NCBI RefSeq assembly: GCF_009914755.1
Contig: NC_060934.1
Direction: 5' to 3' (one strand)
Origin: the human T2T-CHM13v2.0 reference genome, Homo sapiens
Length of the DNA: 64,000 nt
Below the pieces are notes generated by a model. The model saw nothing but the letters and a program-made list of their open reading frames with translations. It searched no databases and was not told where the DNA came from. Below, in pieces: positions 38,373-52,980 of the stretch; position 1 is the first letter of the stretch, and every line of letters starts with the position of its first letter. A program made the position numbers and the translations under genes.

Positions 38373-38720
38373 TGTGTCTCAGTCAGCTCAGGCTGCTGTA
38401 ACAGAATGCCACAGACTGGGGCTTAAATAATAGGCACTTATTTTCTCACGATTCTGGAGCCTGGAAGTCTAAGGTCCAGATGCCAGCATGGTTGGTGTCT
38501 GGTGTGACCTTCTTCCTGGCTTGCAGGTGGCTGCCTTCTCTCTGTGTCCTCACGTGGCAGAGAGAGAGAAAGAGCAAGCTCTTCCATCATCAAGGCCCCA
38601 CCTTCATGACCTTGTGTAAACCTAATCACCTCCCAAAGGCCCCATCTCTGACTACCATTACACTAGGGGTTAGGACTTTGTTGTATGAACTAGGGGGAGG
38701 GCACAATTCAGTCTATAGCA
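38373..38720 (-). mobile_element. MLT1A-like LTR
   Basis: 'tcaggctgctgtaacagaatgccacagactgggg...aattcagtctatagca'. Confidence 0.8.
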
Positions 38721-38827
38721 GTCACTGTGAGTGTGCCACCCCGTGCAGAAGCCATGGGCACCTCTCCTTCACACACTGGGCTGAGAGCCATAGTTGAGCT
38801 CTTCCATCTGCTGGGGCTGGCCTGCCC

Positions 38828-39129
38828 TTTTTTTTTTTTTTTTTTTTTGAGATGGTGTCTTGCTCTGTTGCCCAGGCTGGAGTGCAGTGGCGTGATCTTG
38901 GTTCACTGCAACCTCTGCCCCCCAGGTTCAAGTGATTCTCCTGCCTCAGCCCCCTGAGTACCTGGAATTACAGGTATGTGCCACCACACCCAGCTAATTT
39001 TTGTATTTTTAGTAGAGACAAGGTTTCACCATGTTGGCCAGGCTGGTCTCAAACTCCTGACCTCAAGTGATCCTCCTGCCTCAGCCTCCCAAAGTGCTGT
39101 GATTACAGGTGCAAGCCACCGTGCCCACC
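38828..39129 (-). mobile_element. AluS
   Basis: Full dimer with poly-T. Confidence 0.95.
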
Positions 39130-39689
39130 CCATCCTGATCATTTTTAACTCAGGTGGGGCTCATACACCCCTTCCTCATTAAATGGGACCAGAGAGCTCC
39201 CTGACGCTCCCCAGCCATGCAAGGTGAGCAGAAAGTGGAGAACTGGCATGGCTGTGAGCCAGCAGCTTCCCACCACAGAGCTGCCCCAAGTGGGCTGGAG
39301 CTGGATAAGAGATGGGGAGCTAGGATCGCGCACAGCACAAGTGGGGCATGGGAAGGCTCGATCTACATGTGCTGGCTTGCTGCGCCTCCTCCACCTCAGA
39401 TATGCATCTCTCCAGCCGGTAGGTCTTGAGCACTCACGCCACAAGCCAGGCAGGCTGCTGCAGGAAGAAGAGGAGAGTTGGCCAGCCCCTTCCTGTCCCT
39501 GAGGGCCCACCAGTCCCGCATCAGATGCCATCAGGTGTTACAGATACCCCCGGGTACCCCAATGCTTGCCAGCACAAGGTTTCGCAGTGGCCTCTCAGTG
39601 GAATAATGAGCCCCAGGGTCCCCTTGACACACACACCTGGTGCCAGGTGGCAGCAATCTCACGACTGATGTAAACAGTGACAGTGACAG

Positions 39690-39900
39690 CCACCATGCAG
39701 GGACCTTGGGGCCAGCACTGTGTACACAATTCACATGCAACTTCACTTCTAGGTTTGGGCCAATTATACCCAATATGGCACAACTGTCACCGCTTTTTCA
39801 GACTAGAAAACTGAGGCTCAGAGATGGGAAGTCACTTGTCCAATGGTTAAATTGAGATCTAACCGCAGGTCTGAGTCCAGAGAAGAAGCTTCTGTTTTGG
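39690..39900 (-). mobile_element. MIR
   Basis: 'ttttcagactagaaaactgaggctcagagatgggaagtcacttgtcc'. Confidence 0.75.
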
Positions 39901-41899
39901 CCTCACCGTTGGCCTCTGAGGGAGTTCCCACCCTGGATAGTGGGTGCTGCATGAAACTCACCCTCTTCGAAGGTCCTTTCCCATTTCCCCATCGTGAATC
40001 TTTGCTCCACAGTGGCCACATGGCTGACAGATTTTCACAGGAGCCTGGGGTTGAGGCTGGCTCTGTAAAGCTGTGTTTAATCTCGCCCTGACCCTGTACA
40101 GTTTCCATACACAGACATTTTTGTGCCATGACTTGCCATTTTCCCATGATTTGACCCAATGTGCTTGCTGCATCAAATTGTTTACTTTCAAAACATTTGT
40201 GTTTCTCTAGGCACGCTCTTGCAAACACCCTCTGGGGCTGACGGGCCTCCAGCAAGAAGCCAGCTGCAGGCCACAGCTGAGCATCCTGTTCTCGAGCCAC
40301 GCCAGCCTGGTGGAGGCTGAGGCCACAGCAGTGAGCCTGGAGCACTGACCCTGATACTGCCCTATGACTGGCAAGGGGCACCAGGCTGCTCAAAACCCTT
40401 GTGAATGCAGCCATGCAGGCCCCAGAGCAACCACGATCTCCCTGCTCAGCGTTACCTTGCTGACTGTGGTCTAAGACCATCCCAGAGTGACACCAGTATC
40501 CTTGCCTCCTTTCCCGGCACAGATGGTCCAGCTCTTTGCCAAGGCAACTGTAGCCAAGTGGCCTGGGACAGGCCCAGAGAAGCAGGGAGAAGAGCCCCCA
40601 CCAGCCATCTGGGGGCTCCAAGACCCAGAAAGGCACTTGTAGGCAGCCAAGTCCAAGGAAGGGGCTATCCGTGTCCAGGCGACAAGCCCTTCTGAAAAGG
40701 CAGCACAGAGAGGAGGCCAGGAGCAGGTGCCAGGAGACCTTGGCAAGTCACTCAAAATCTGAACCTCAATGTCCTCCGCTGTCAACTGCAGATAATAATA
40801 TGAATAATAGAAGGCATCAGCAGCCCTGCCTCAAGATTGGATTCCATACTGAGTGTGAAACACTGCATGGTACAGGGCAGTGGTTAGAGCCCCTGGCATG
40901 CTAGCTAGTGCTGCCATCAACATTGGAGATGGGGGGCCAGGCAGGACTCACTGACCTCCTGCACCAGCGCTGAATTAACTTAGTTAAATACTACATGATG
41001 TTCACTCAGTGCCTTAGCATCGAGCTGGAGTCCAGCAGGAGTGTCCTGTTCCCTTGCAGGGGATGCTCCAGAGACAGAGGCAACCAAATCCCAGTGCCAG
41101 CCCCGCTCCTGAGCCGGGCCTCCGTGGCTGTGAGCTGCCGGCAGATCACAGGAACGCAGCTAAAGCGTGTTCGTGCAAGCTGGGGCCAGGGCCCCTTCCA
41201 CAGCAGCTGCCCTCAATCAGCACATCCGTCACACTAGATGCTCCATGCACTTTATGTTGCTTCATTTCCTGAAAGCCCTAAGAGGCGGGGACTATTGTAA
41301 AGCCCATTCAGTGGTGTGGCATCCCCTCAGGGTAATCAGAAATCCCCAGGGTGTGGCCCCAGGAAGACAAGGAGCATGCCCTGTACTGAGGGTGATATGA
41401 AAGCTAAAATGCTCACCAGCCTGCAAAGCCTGGACTCCCAAGACAGGAGCTCGGACCAGAGGCTGCAACACTGTGGAGGCAATGGGGCCACACCCCCGGG
41501 CTGCACAGAAGCTGCCCGCACATCCTCATTCTTCCACTGCACACCCCTCACCCAGCCCCAATCACCCCAGGGAGCTGGGGTCTCTGGGCGTTGGTGGAAG
41601 TAATGCATCCACGTTGTGCTACAACACCTTTGAGAGACAGGTCAGCCTCCTAGCCCAGGCACTGCCCTCCTGCTGCCACCAGGCCCTGGGCAGCCCAAGG
41701 GGTAAAGCAGGGAGTCAGGACATGGGGGCAGAGGAAGAGAGAGGCCAGAGGGTGAGGACACCGGGGCCCCCCAGGATGAGTGTTCCCTGGCCGGATTGGG
41801 GACTGATGGGAGCCACAAACAAAGCCAGAATGGCCAGCAGCAGGGTTTCTTCTGGTTCCGACCCACAGGCACCCCCAGACCTTGTGGGCTGACTCAGGG

Positions 41900-42165
41900 C
41901 AGTCACAGCCATCACACCGTGTCACAGCCTAACCACATGACAGCACCAGCACACCACAGTGCCACCTTATCACTGTGTCCACATTGCCCTGTCACCATAT
42001 TGCAGTCACAGTGTCACATCATCACTGTCACTCTGTCACCACATCACAGTGCCACCATGTCACACCATCACTTTCACACCATCCCCAATCACCTTGTCAT
42101 TGAGTCAATGTCACCATGTCACACACATGTCAGTCACCCTGTCACCACATCCCACGTCACCATTT
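41900..42165. repeat. Degenerate TGTCAC/CACCAT-based tandem repeat
   Basis: Many recurring 'tgtcac', 'caccat' and 'cacagtg' units. Confidence 0.8.
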
Positions 42166-44104
42166 GTGCTTCTCAAGAGTTTTCCAGGTCCCGCTAATAG
42201 CCACTGAGAAAATATTTTCAGGAAAAGCCACTCATGCCCAGTGACCCACCTGAAGCTCTGCTGCCGGCAGAGACGGAGATCTCCAGCCCCGCAGGGTAGG
42301 GCTGTCTACACTGGCTACAGATCCCCGAGGGCCGTCGGTTTGAAAGCTTTGTGTGACTCCCTTTGCTGTGCCCAGGACTTTGTGTGGATCGACTTTTGGC
42401 CTCAATCTCTGGATGCGTGGCCTGTCCAGTCCAGGAGCAGGAGGCCTGTGGACGCCTCCCAATAGGACAAATGTGTCCATGCTCACGGACCTTTTCTTCC
42501 AGGGGTCATTTCCTCTCAAACCTACAGCCAACAAGGCCACCAGTCCGCTCAACCCAGGGCCACTTCCCTAATGACCAGCCACCAGCAGAAGCAGATGGCC
42601 TCAGGCAGATGGCCGGAGTCACCCACTCTCTAGGGCGTCAACTCCCCTGGCTGCCCTGCTCAGACCAGGCATCGCTCACCTGCGACCAGCAGAAGAGACT
42701 GATTTCATCAAGGCAAACGCCCCAGAGAAGGGACTGGTACTGGGCTCCAAGAGCCAGGCCTTCAGAGCCAACAGACACAAGCCCATTTACAGGGCCCACT
42801 TTAGCTTGTTCCCCAATGTCTGCCCACCCACCAGGTCACTGCAAATGACCTTGTCCAAGGGTGGTCAGGCCATCGAGGGAGATCCACAGACACACACAGC
42901 ATCATCGTAACAACACACATTCATGGAGTCTTCACTGTGGGCCGAGCACCATGCCTCATGCAGCAAGTGTGCCGGTCATCTCTTCTCTTGCAATAGGTAC
43001 CTGGCCTTGACAGCTGCCTCTTTCTGACCCCCAGTCCAGAAGCTCATCTCTCCCCTCAGCCCCTCCTGCCTCACTTTCGGTCACTTGCCACGCTGCCATC
43101 CATTGGGAACACCACTAGAGATGCAAACCTGACCACAGGCACCTCCTCATCCTGTCTCAGAAACTGTTTCCTCACCTGAGATTAGGGGGACCCATACGAC
43201 AGTTTTCTAGATTCAATATCAGGCACTTTTCCAAGGTCTTTGGTGAAATATTTCATCTTGTCCCCCAACACCCTATTAGGGAGGGTTGATCTAGTTTAGG
43301 CCCATTTTCCAGGTGAGAAACTAGGGGTCCAATAAATCCTGTGACTTCCCATGGCCACACGCTTGGTCAGCATCGAGTCCCTACGTGAACACTGGCCCCA
43401 GGGCCATGCCAGAGCTACACTGACTCTCATGAATTTTCTAATTTTATCCTTACAACCTACAAGAAACCACGCACAGAGCTGTGCACAGGCATAGCCACAT
43501 GCAATGAAAACCTCCCAAAGCCACCAGGTCTTGCACAGCTCCCTGGTCCCCACCCCAAGGGCCCTGCTATCAACATCCGCAGACCAACATACGGGGCTGG
43601 GCCTCTTTTGGACTCCCCAGACCCAGGCCCAGCTCAAAGATGGCGGAACCACAAAGCTCCACCCCCAACATGTTTCTTATAGCCAAGTGTTCAGCTTCTA
43701 AAATTGTGTTTGTCTCAGTCATTTGGGGATAAACAAAATACAAATTCATTCATCAGAGATATTTCTGAACTGGGAACATGAAAGTCCAGGAGCTGCCTCC
43801 AGGCAGCTGTCCCTTCAGCCCGTCTGGCTCCTGGGGGAGGCAAAGCCCTTTGCTGGTTTGGACGAGAGCAGCAGGAGTGTGAGGGACTCACCCCTCTCCA
43901 GCAGCAAAGCCCTTGCAGCAAGCCGAGCCCACAGTAGCTGTGGTTCCCTCAGCAAATCAGGAAAGGGGATTTACCCCTCTGGAGGGAAGCCGGCCTTTCT
44001 GCTCCTGAGTCCAGGTTCCCTGGCCCAGAGACCACTGTTGGTGTTTCAGGCCCTGGATCCAGCCTTTGTTAGGAGGCCTGGGAAGGAGATGGATGACCTA
44101 TGGT

Positions 44105-45590
44105 GGCTGTGTTCATTCTCCTAGTGCTGCTGTCACAAATTTCCACAAACGTACTGGCTTGAAACAACACACATTCGTAACATTCCAGTTGCATAGGTCA
44201 GAAGACCACCACCATCTCACTGGGCCAAGATCAAGGGGCCAGTAGGGCTGTGTTCCCCCAGGTGGCCCGGGAGGAGCACCCATTTACCCGCCTCCAACTT
44301 TTCAAGGCCGCAGTGTTCCTGGCCCTTCCTCCAGCTTCACAGCCAGCAACGGTGAGTGGGGTCCTTCTCACAGGGCATCCCCGTCCCCCTCCCCTGCTTC
44401 CACTTCTACCCTTGAGGACCCTTGTGATGACATTGAGCCCACCCAGATAATCAGATAATGCAACCTAGCCCAAACTCATTCTGCTCGCTGCACAACTCCC
44501 AATAAGTCAGAGACTTCTGGAGAGCAGCAAACTGAGAAGATGGCGGATTAGTGTCCTACAGTAGCGGTCCCCAACCTTTTAGGTACCAGAGACTAGTTTT
44601 GTGGAAGACAATTTTTCCATGGACAGGGTGTGGATGACTCAAGCGCATTGCATTTATTGTGCACTTTATTTCAATTATTATCACATTGTAATATATAACG
44701 AAATGATTATACAACTCACCATCATGTGCAGCTAGATGGTCCCATCTGGGGGTGATGGGAGACAGTGGGAGATCATCAGGCATTAGATTCTCATAAGGAG
44801 CGTGCAACCCAGATCCCTCACATGTGCAGTTCACAATAGGGTTCATGCTCCTAGGAGAGTCTAACGCCACCATAAATCTGACAGGAGGCGGAGCTCAGGC
44901 GGTCATGCGAGTGATGGAGAGTGACTGTAAATACAGATGAAGCTTTGCTCACTCACCTGCCGCTTACCTCCTACTGTGCACCCCTGTTCCTACAGGCCAT
45001 CTACCAGGACCAGTCTGCGGCCCAGGGGTTAGGGCCCCCTGTCCTAAAGAACCATCTCAAAAGGCAGGAATCCCAAGCTTCCTTTTATGATAGGAAAGGG
45101 GAACCAGCAGAAGGTTGAGGTCAGGAGGTAACTAGTGACCACATACATCTGGGGTCAGCAGGGGTCCAAGGAGGTTGCAAGATTTCTTTGTCCTTGGTCA
45201 GGTCACAGTGCTTGTATAAATCTTCAACATAACATTGTGACCTGTATGTATACCCTCCTTGTCTTGTTGGGATTCGTTTTGGGAAGGGAGTATGATTATC
45301 CTTGCTTTAAAGTTAAACTGTAGACTAAATTCCTCCTGTTGTTAGCTTGGCTCAGTGCAGAAATGAACAAGGACAGTTAGATTGTGAGGTTAGATGCAAG
45401 ATGGAGTCAGTTATGTCAGATTTCTCTCACTGCTACAATAATGCAGGATAATCTCCCTATCTTAAGGCAACTAATTAGCATTCTTAATTCCTCTTTGCCA
45501 CGCAAGGTAAGGTATTCACAGGTTCCGGGGAGTAGGACGGGGACTTCTTGGGTGGTGGGGTCAGGGAGGCGCATTATCCTGCTCACCTCA
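44105..45590 (-). mobile_element. MLT1C/D LTR interrupted by an ERV1-class LTR (about 44456-45444)
   Basis: 'tgctgctgtcacaaatttccacaaac...cccacccagataatc' resumes at 'ggataatctccctatcttaagg'; inner LTR ends 'gcaagatggagtcagttatgtcagatttctctcactg'. Confidence 0.7.
44562..45041 (-). mobile_element. MER1A hAT-Charlie DNA transposon
   Basis: TIRs 'tagcggtccccaacc' / 'ggttagggcccctg'; 8-bp TSD tcctacag / tcctaaag. Confidence 0.92.
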
Positions 45591-46000
45591 GGAGTCTGAG
45601 AGAGTGCTGCTCACCTGAGATGGGGAAGAGATTGGCACAGTACCTGGGTGAGGAGTGAATGTGTGCCTGGAACTCAGTAGGCCTGGTGCACGGGACCCAG
45701 CCTCATAGGGCCTGCGGAGGTTGGACACTAAAGGACACAGGGACTCTTCAGCCAAGCGGGAGGTCTGTGGAGAAGACCTCAGAGGCGAATCCCCTCAGTC
45801 CCTGGAGCACAGACCAGTGGCCAGCCCAGGACCCCATACACATTGGCACACCCCACAGGGCAGTCAAAGTGACAGGGCCCCACTCTGTTTCCAGGATCAC
45901 ATATGGCCCAGGTCTCTTCGGGGGCCCAATGCAGTGGGGGAACGGTTCCCATAATGACTGAGCCAAACCTGTAACCAACTGGGCTCAGAGCCAAATTTCA

Positions 46001-46441
<441 letters not shown>

Positions 46442-46611
46442 TTATACTAGAAACACCTCGGAGAGAATGGCACTGTCATGCTAGGACACTGGTGATTTGC
46501 TGTGGCCACCTCTTGAGTCCCTGCCACTCCAGCTGGCCTTCCCTCCTTCCCACTCTCCCTCCAGCACACTCAGACCTCAGTATATTGCCCACAAACATGG
46601 GTAAACCCTGG

Positions 46612-47113
<502 letters not shown>

Positions 47114-47340
47114 TAGGAAAAGGTGCTAACGGCTGCACAGGCACCTGCTCTGAAAACACCCTTGTGACAGGGAAACAGCAGAAAAGACAACGCTCCAAAC
47201 AGCAGGAGCAGGCCATGCCCACACCCAGTGCAGCATCCAGGCACCATCGCCTCTTGGCTGGCCCTTCTCTCTGCCTCCTGGTCTCCTCTCTCTCCCTGTC
47301 TCCAGCTCCAACCCTTGTGTGCAAGAGAAAATTAAGACCC

Positions 47341-47648
47341 TGGATGAAGCTGGAAACCATCATTCTCAGCAAACTATCGCAAGGACAAAAAACCAAACAC
47401 CGCATGTTCTCAATCATAGGTGGGAATTGAACAACGAGAACACATGGACACAGGAAGGGGGACATCACACAATGGGGCCTGTTGTGGGGTGTGGGTAGTC
47501 GGGGGGGAGGGATAGCATTAGGAGATATACCTAATGTAAATGACGAGTTAATGGGTGCAGCACACCAACATGGCACATGTATACATATGTAACAAACCTG
47601 CACGTTGTGCACATGTACCCTAAGACTTAAAGTATAATAAAAAAAAAA
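47341..47648 (+). mobile_element. 5'-truncated L1PA4/5 3' end
   Basis: 'gggatagcattaggagatatacctaatgtaaatgacgagttaatgg', polyA; 15-bp TSD agaaaattaagaccc at 47326 and 47648. Confidence 0.95.
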
Positions 47649-48349
47649 GAAAATTAAGACCCAAGGGTCATGGGTGGGCACCTACCGCGTGTCAAGCCCA
47701 TTATTTCCTTTATCCACACGAGCCTGCAAGACAGCAGCTGATGTAAACCTAAGAAAGCTGAGGCTGAAGGCATCTGGTAAGGCGCTCAGGATCTCCAGCT
47801 GGTGTCTGGTGGCGGTGGAGTGGAAACTCACACCCTCCTGCACCCAGGCCTGTGCTCTTTCCCGTGCTGCTTCTGCACAGACGCCCTTTTCCCACAGGCT
47901 AGGATCCCTATTGAGTGCACAGGGCATGTCACACACTACTTGGCATGTACTACGGAGGAAACAGAGGCCTGAAAAGGAAGAGCCATCTGCCCAGGGCGGC
48001 CGTTGGGAAGAGCAGAGCTGGCGCCACTGAGTCCTCACGCCCCTCTACGTGTGCGTGACAGTTACCGGCAGCAGTATGCATGTGACAAAGCCGGCCTTCG
48101 CTCTCCAGGTCTTCAAAGCCAACTCCTTTGCACAAGCCCCAAACCCTCTCCGCCTGAGGAACCCTGGGCAGGTCCCAGGCCAGGAGTGAGCACCATGTTC
48201 AAAATGTCAACAGCCCCTACTCCAAGCCCCGGAGGCCTGAAGAAGCTGGGGTTACAGGGGTGAGCCACCACGCCCAGCCCCTAATGGCAGCTTTTATCAT
48301 AGCATCCAGGCAGCTTGCTAACCCAGGCCCAGGGCAAGGCCTCCCTAGA

Positions 48350-48660
48350 CTCACTCACTCAACAAAGGTTCATTTTTGGTAGACTCCAAGGACTTCACTG
48401 TGAAAGAGACCAACAAGGCCCCTGCCCTCCAGAATTTACAGACAAAATTCAAGTAAACTAACAAACAAGTTACCAGCCCTGATAAGTGCACAGAAGGAAG
48501 CGGAAAGAGTGTGCTGAGAAAGGAAATCACAGAGGAGGCTGTGCTTGAGATGGAGTGGGGGGTTGGGGAGGGCCACCCTGAAAAGATGCTGTACATTCCA
48601 GGGCCGCCTGGTTGAGAGCAGCACCAAAGCCATTCCAACAGCAGAACCGCAGTGCCAAGG
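48350..48660 (-). mobile_element. L2 3' fragment
   Basis: 'tcactcactcaacaaa...aaggcccctgccctccagaatttacagac...gataagtgc'. Confidence 0.65.
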
Positions 48661-48734
48661 CTCAAGGTGGGCTAACAGCTCAGATTCAGTGAGTTCTACC
48701 TCCCCCAGACACCCCCAGCCCTCTGCAGGTAATA

Positions 48735-48875
48735 TATTTCTCCCTGCAACCCTATGAGGGAGGTACTATAATCATTTTACAGATAGAGAAACTCAGTCAC
48801 ACAGCAATGAAGTGAATCACCTAAGATCCTACAGCTGGAAGTGGTGAAACGGGATCCAGCTACCCAGGCATTGCC
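48735..48875 (-). mobile_element. MIR
   Basis: 'caaccctatgagggaggtactat...cattttacagatagagaaactcag'. Confidence 0.75.
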
Positions 48876-49563
48876 CAGGCCCAATCTCCCTCCAAGGATG
48901 CTCCAAGCTCGGGAATGGCCCTGCCTTCCCCTGATCTCATCATTGCCTGGGCAGCTTGGAGCAGACCCAGAGCTCTGGAATCGGAGGACAAGGTCCAGTG
49001 GCTCCCAAAGAGTGCTCCTGAGATTGGGTCATTGATTTGATTGGGGAGAAACCTGGATACCGTGTGCTTCCTGCAGCACGAAGTGGCCGTCTGGCTTGGG
49101 ACGGGGCCAAATCCATCCTGAGCAGGCAGGCCTCCCACACCCTCAAGTTCAAGCTTGATCCAAGGTAAGGTTAAGCCACTCTCTGCCTCACTTCCCTCAT
49201 CTGTAAAGTGGGGATGATAAACGAAGATCGCATGAAAATAGCTGCATAATCGCCCTGCAGTGGGAAGGCTTCCCACACCTTGGCAACCTGCACTGGGAAA
49301 TCTCTCTTTCGAGGGAAAGGCAAACACTGTCCGCCTTGGTCCCCGCTGGCCATGCAGAGCTTTATGGTCCCTGGCAGGGACACACTGCACATTCATATCA
49401 GTGTGCCCCTGAGAAGTGGGGGAGAGCTGGCCACCAACCTGGCGTGTGGCTTAGCAGAGCGACCTGGAACCAACTCATAAGCTCTCCCCTGTCCTGCTTC
49501 TGCAGGGGACCAGCTCCCGGCTCGCACAGCCAGGCTGGTTCTCCTTCTGTCTCTATCTCACGC

Positions 49564-49565
<2 letters not shown>

Positions 49566-49594
<29 letters not shown>
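49566..49594. repeat. (CA)n microsatellite
   Basis: Perfect run. Confidence 0.95.
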
Positions 49595-50188
49595 GCCTCG
49601 GGCAGCACTAGGAGCCACGGGGGACACCACAGCAGCCACATGTAACCAGGCCTTGGTAGGATGCCCCTCAACTTCAAAGCTCCAGGGCAGGGTGGAGGCC
49701 CCAGGTAATGACAGGGAACCCCTGTGCAGAAACCGCCAGCCTCAGCAAGAAAAGAAGTCAGGCCCGGTTTACAGCTGACCCTGTGTTCCTGGGCTTGTCA
49801 GCCTGTGGTCAGCACAGTGCTAGAACGGCTGTCAGCTGGCCTGTGGCCAGAGCAGGTCTGCACCCCAACAGCTCCTTCCCCCCAGCTCCTTCTCCTCTTA
49901 TGTTACCTGCCTCAAAATAGGACACAGTCCCACCCAGCCCCCAGCCTAGCCCGCCTCTGGGTTCTGAGGACAGCCACTCTTCCATCTTCCTCCCGAATTT
50001 GTTCCCCCAAAATTCCTAGAAAGCCAACCCAGGGCTCCCTGCAGGTGAAGCATGCATGTGAGACAAATATGTCAGATGGCCCTGTCCTTCCTGATGCCTC
50101 AGGAATCCTGCCTGCCTCGGGACAGTGCAGGGCTGGAGGGAGACGGAGAGCTCCCCACTGCAGCTTCGAGCCAAGGAGGTGACAATGA

Positions 50189-50566
<378 letters not shown>

Positions 50567-50615
50567 TAGTGGGTCCTAAGGACCTCTGGACAGGGGTCAA
50601 AATAGGCTGGGTTCC

Positions 50616-50815
50616 ACATCACACACCGGGGCCTGTTGGGGGGTGGGGGGCAAGGGGAGGAAGAGCATTAGGACAAATACCTAATGCATGCGGGGCTTAA
50701 AACCTAGATGATGGGTTCATAGGTGCAGCAGACCACCATGGCACATGTATACCTATGTAACAAACCTGCACATTCTGCACATGTATTCCAGAACTTAAAG
50801 TAAAATTTTTTTTAA
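50616..50815 (+). mobile_element. 5'-truncated L1PA8-like 3' end
   Basis: 'gcattaggacaaatacctaatgcatgcggggcttaaaacctagatgatggg'; degenerate TSD aaataggctggg / aagtagcctggg. Confidence 0.9.
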
Positions 50816-51054
50816 AGTAGCCTGGGCTCTAGTTTGTAAAATGCCCCCACGCCCCGCCCTGACTTCTGGAAATTGTTCTTCCTAGGCCCCCAGGGCTCTG
50901 CTCCCTCCCATGTCTCCTCCTCCAGCTCCCTTCTCCATCCCTACCCTCCCCGGCAGGTTCCCTGGTCCAGTCCATTCAATGTTGGGATTCCTCGAGGTCC
51001 GTCCCAAACCCTCTTCTGAGCCTGCCCTCTCCCTGGGCCATCTCAGTCACCCCT

Positions 51055-51479
51055 TCTTATACACAGATTTGTTTTCAATAGAAGTTACAATGAGTGCGCC
51101 TGCCTCTCCCGCCTCTCATCTACCTCCTCCGCTTCTTCTGCCTCAGCCACCCCAAGACAACAAGACCAACCCCTCTTCTTCCTCCTCCTCAGCCAACTCA
51201 AGGCAAAGACAATGAGGATGAAGACCTTTACGATGATCCACTTCCACTTAATAAATAGTAGATGTATTTTCTCTTTCTTATGATTTTCTTAATTTTCTTT
51301 TCTCTACTTTATTGTAAGAATAAAGTAATACATATAACATACAAAATATGTGTTCATTGAGTGCTTATGTTATCAGTAAGGCTACTGGTCAACAGTAGGC
51401 TATTAGTAGTTAAGCTTGGGGGAACTTAAAAGTTATACATGGATTTGTTAACCCCTGTGTTGTTTATCGGTCAACAGTA
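51055..51479 (+). mobile_element. Tigger2a-like TcMar DNA transposon
   Basis: 'gaggatgaagacctttacgatgatccacttccacttaat...ggtcaacagtaggctattagtagttaag'. Confidence 0.85.
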
Positions 51480-51670
51480 CAGTCATGTTTGTTACCCCAG
51501 TGAATCCTTACAACCTCCCTGCCAGATACGGGCATCCATTTCACACATGAGCAAATGGAGACTCAGCAAAGGGAAGAGATTTGCTTCATGCAAAGTAATC
51601 AGTGCACTGTTGGACACCCACCTGCTCACATTTTCTGGACAGCCAGATTCATTTCCTTCTTGTGGCTGGA

Positions 51671-51847
51671 GGTGCCCTTTGGCAGGCCCTGCCCAGGCAA
51701 ACTGCCAGGCCAGACAGTGGGTTCTCGGTGCCCTCTGGCAGGCCCTGCGCAGGCAAACTGCCAGGCCAGAGAGTGGGTTCTCGGTGCCCTCTGGCAGGCC
51801 CTGCCCAGGCAAACTGCCAGGCCAGACAGTGGGTTCTCGCTGCCCTC
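51671..51847. repeat. 56-bp GC-rich tandem repeat, about 3.1 near-identical copies
   Basis: ggtgccctctggcaggccctgcccaggcaaactgccaggccagacagtgggttctc at 51671, 51727 and 51783. Confidence 0.97.
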
Positions 51848-52119
51848 CTCTGGAAGTGCCCCTCTCTTGCCTCATGCCTCTCTAACCAAGAAGTATCCAG
51901 GGAACATGGGGACCCAGCTGGAAGAGACCCCTGTTTATCTTCAGGACCCAGGATGGACTGCAGCAGGGAGCTGCAGTGATCACATACACATGCTCACACA
52001 GATACATGCATGCACACACACCCCAAGGCGGGGCACCAACATGCCAATGAGGCAGCACCAGCTCTGCCATCTTCATGCTGTGTGACCTTGAGCGAGTTAC
52101 CCAACCTCTCTGAGCCTCA

Positions 52120-52545
<426 letters not shown>

Positions 52546-52663
52546 TTATCATCATCGTGTTAATTATTTCAGTCTTCTTAATATTATCATTATCATTGAG
52601 AGCCCAGGGTGTCCTCTCCAACTAAATCAGAAAGACCAAGACATTATTAAAATGCAATTGAAG

Positions 52664-52980
52664 GGCCGGGCATGGTGGCTCATGCCTGTAATCCCAGCAC
52701 TTTGCGAGGCCGAGGCAGGAGAATCATGAGGTCAGGAGTTCAAGACCAGTGTGGCAAACGTGGTGAAACATCGTCTCTACTAAAAATACAAAAAAATTAG
52801 CTGGGCGTGGTGGCAGGCACCTGTAATCCCAGGTACTCAGGAGGCTGAGGCAGGAGAATCGCTTGAACCTGGGAGGCGGAGGTTGCAGTGAGCCAAGATC
52901 GAGTCACTGCACTCCAGCCCCAGCAACAGTGCGAGGCTCCATCTCAAAAAAAAAAAAAAAAAAGAAAAAGAAAAAGAAAA
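52664..52980 (+). mobile_element. AluS (Sg-like)
   Basis: TSD aaaatgcaattgaa on both sides. Confidence 0.95.

Noticed and set aside
39818-40636. 272-aa ORF (longest in the track)
   Set aside because: No recognisable homology or domain; ends in a MIR; plausible by chance in GC-rich DNA.
51439-52085. Overlapping repetitive ORFs (QALPRQTARP etc.)
   Set aside because: Produced by the 56-bp repeat cycling through frames.
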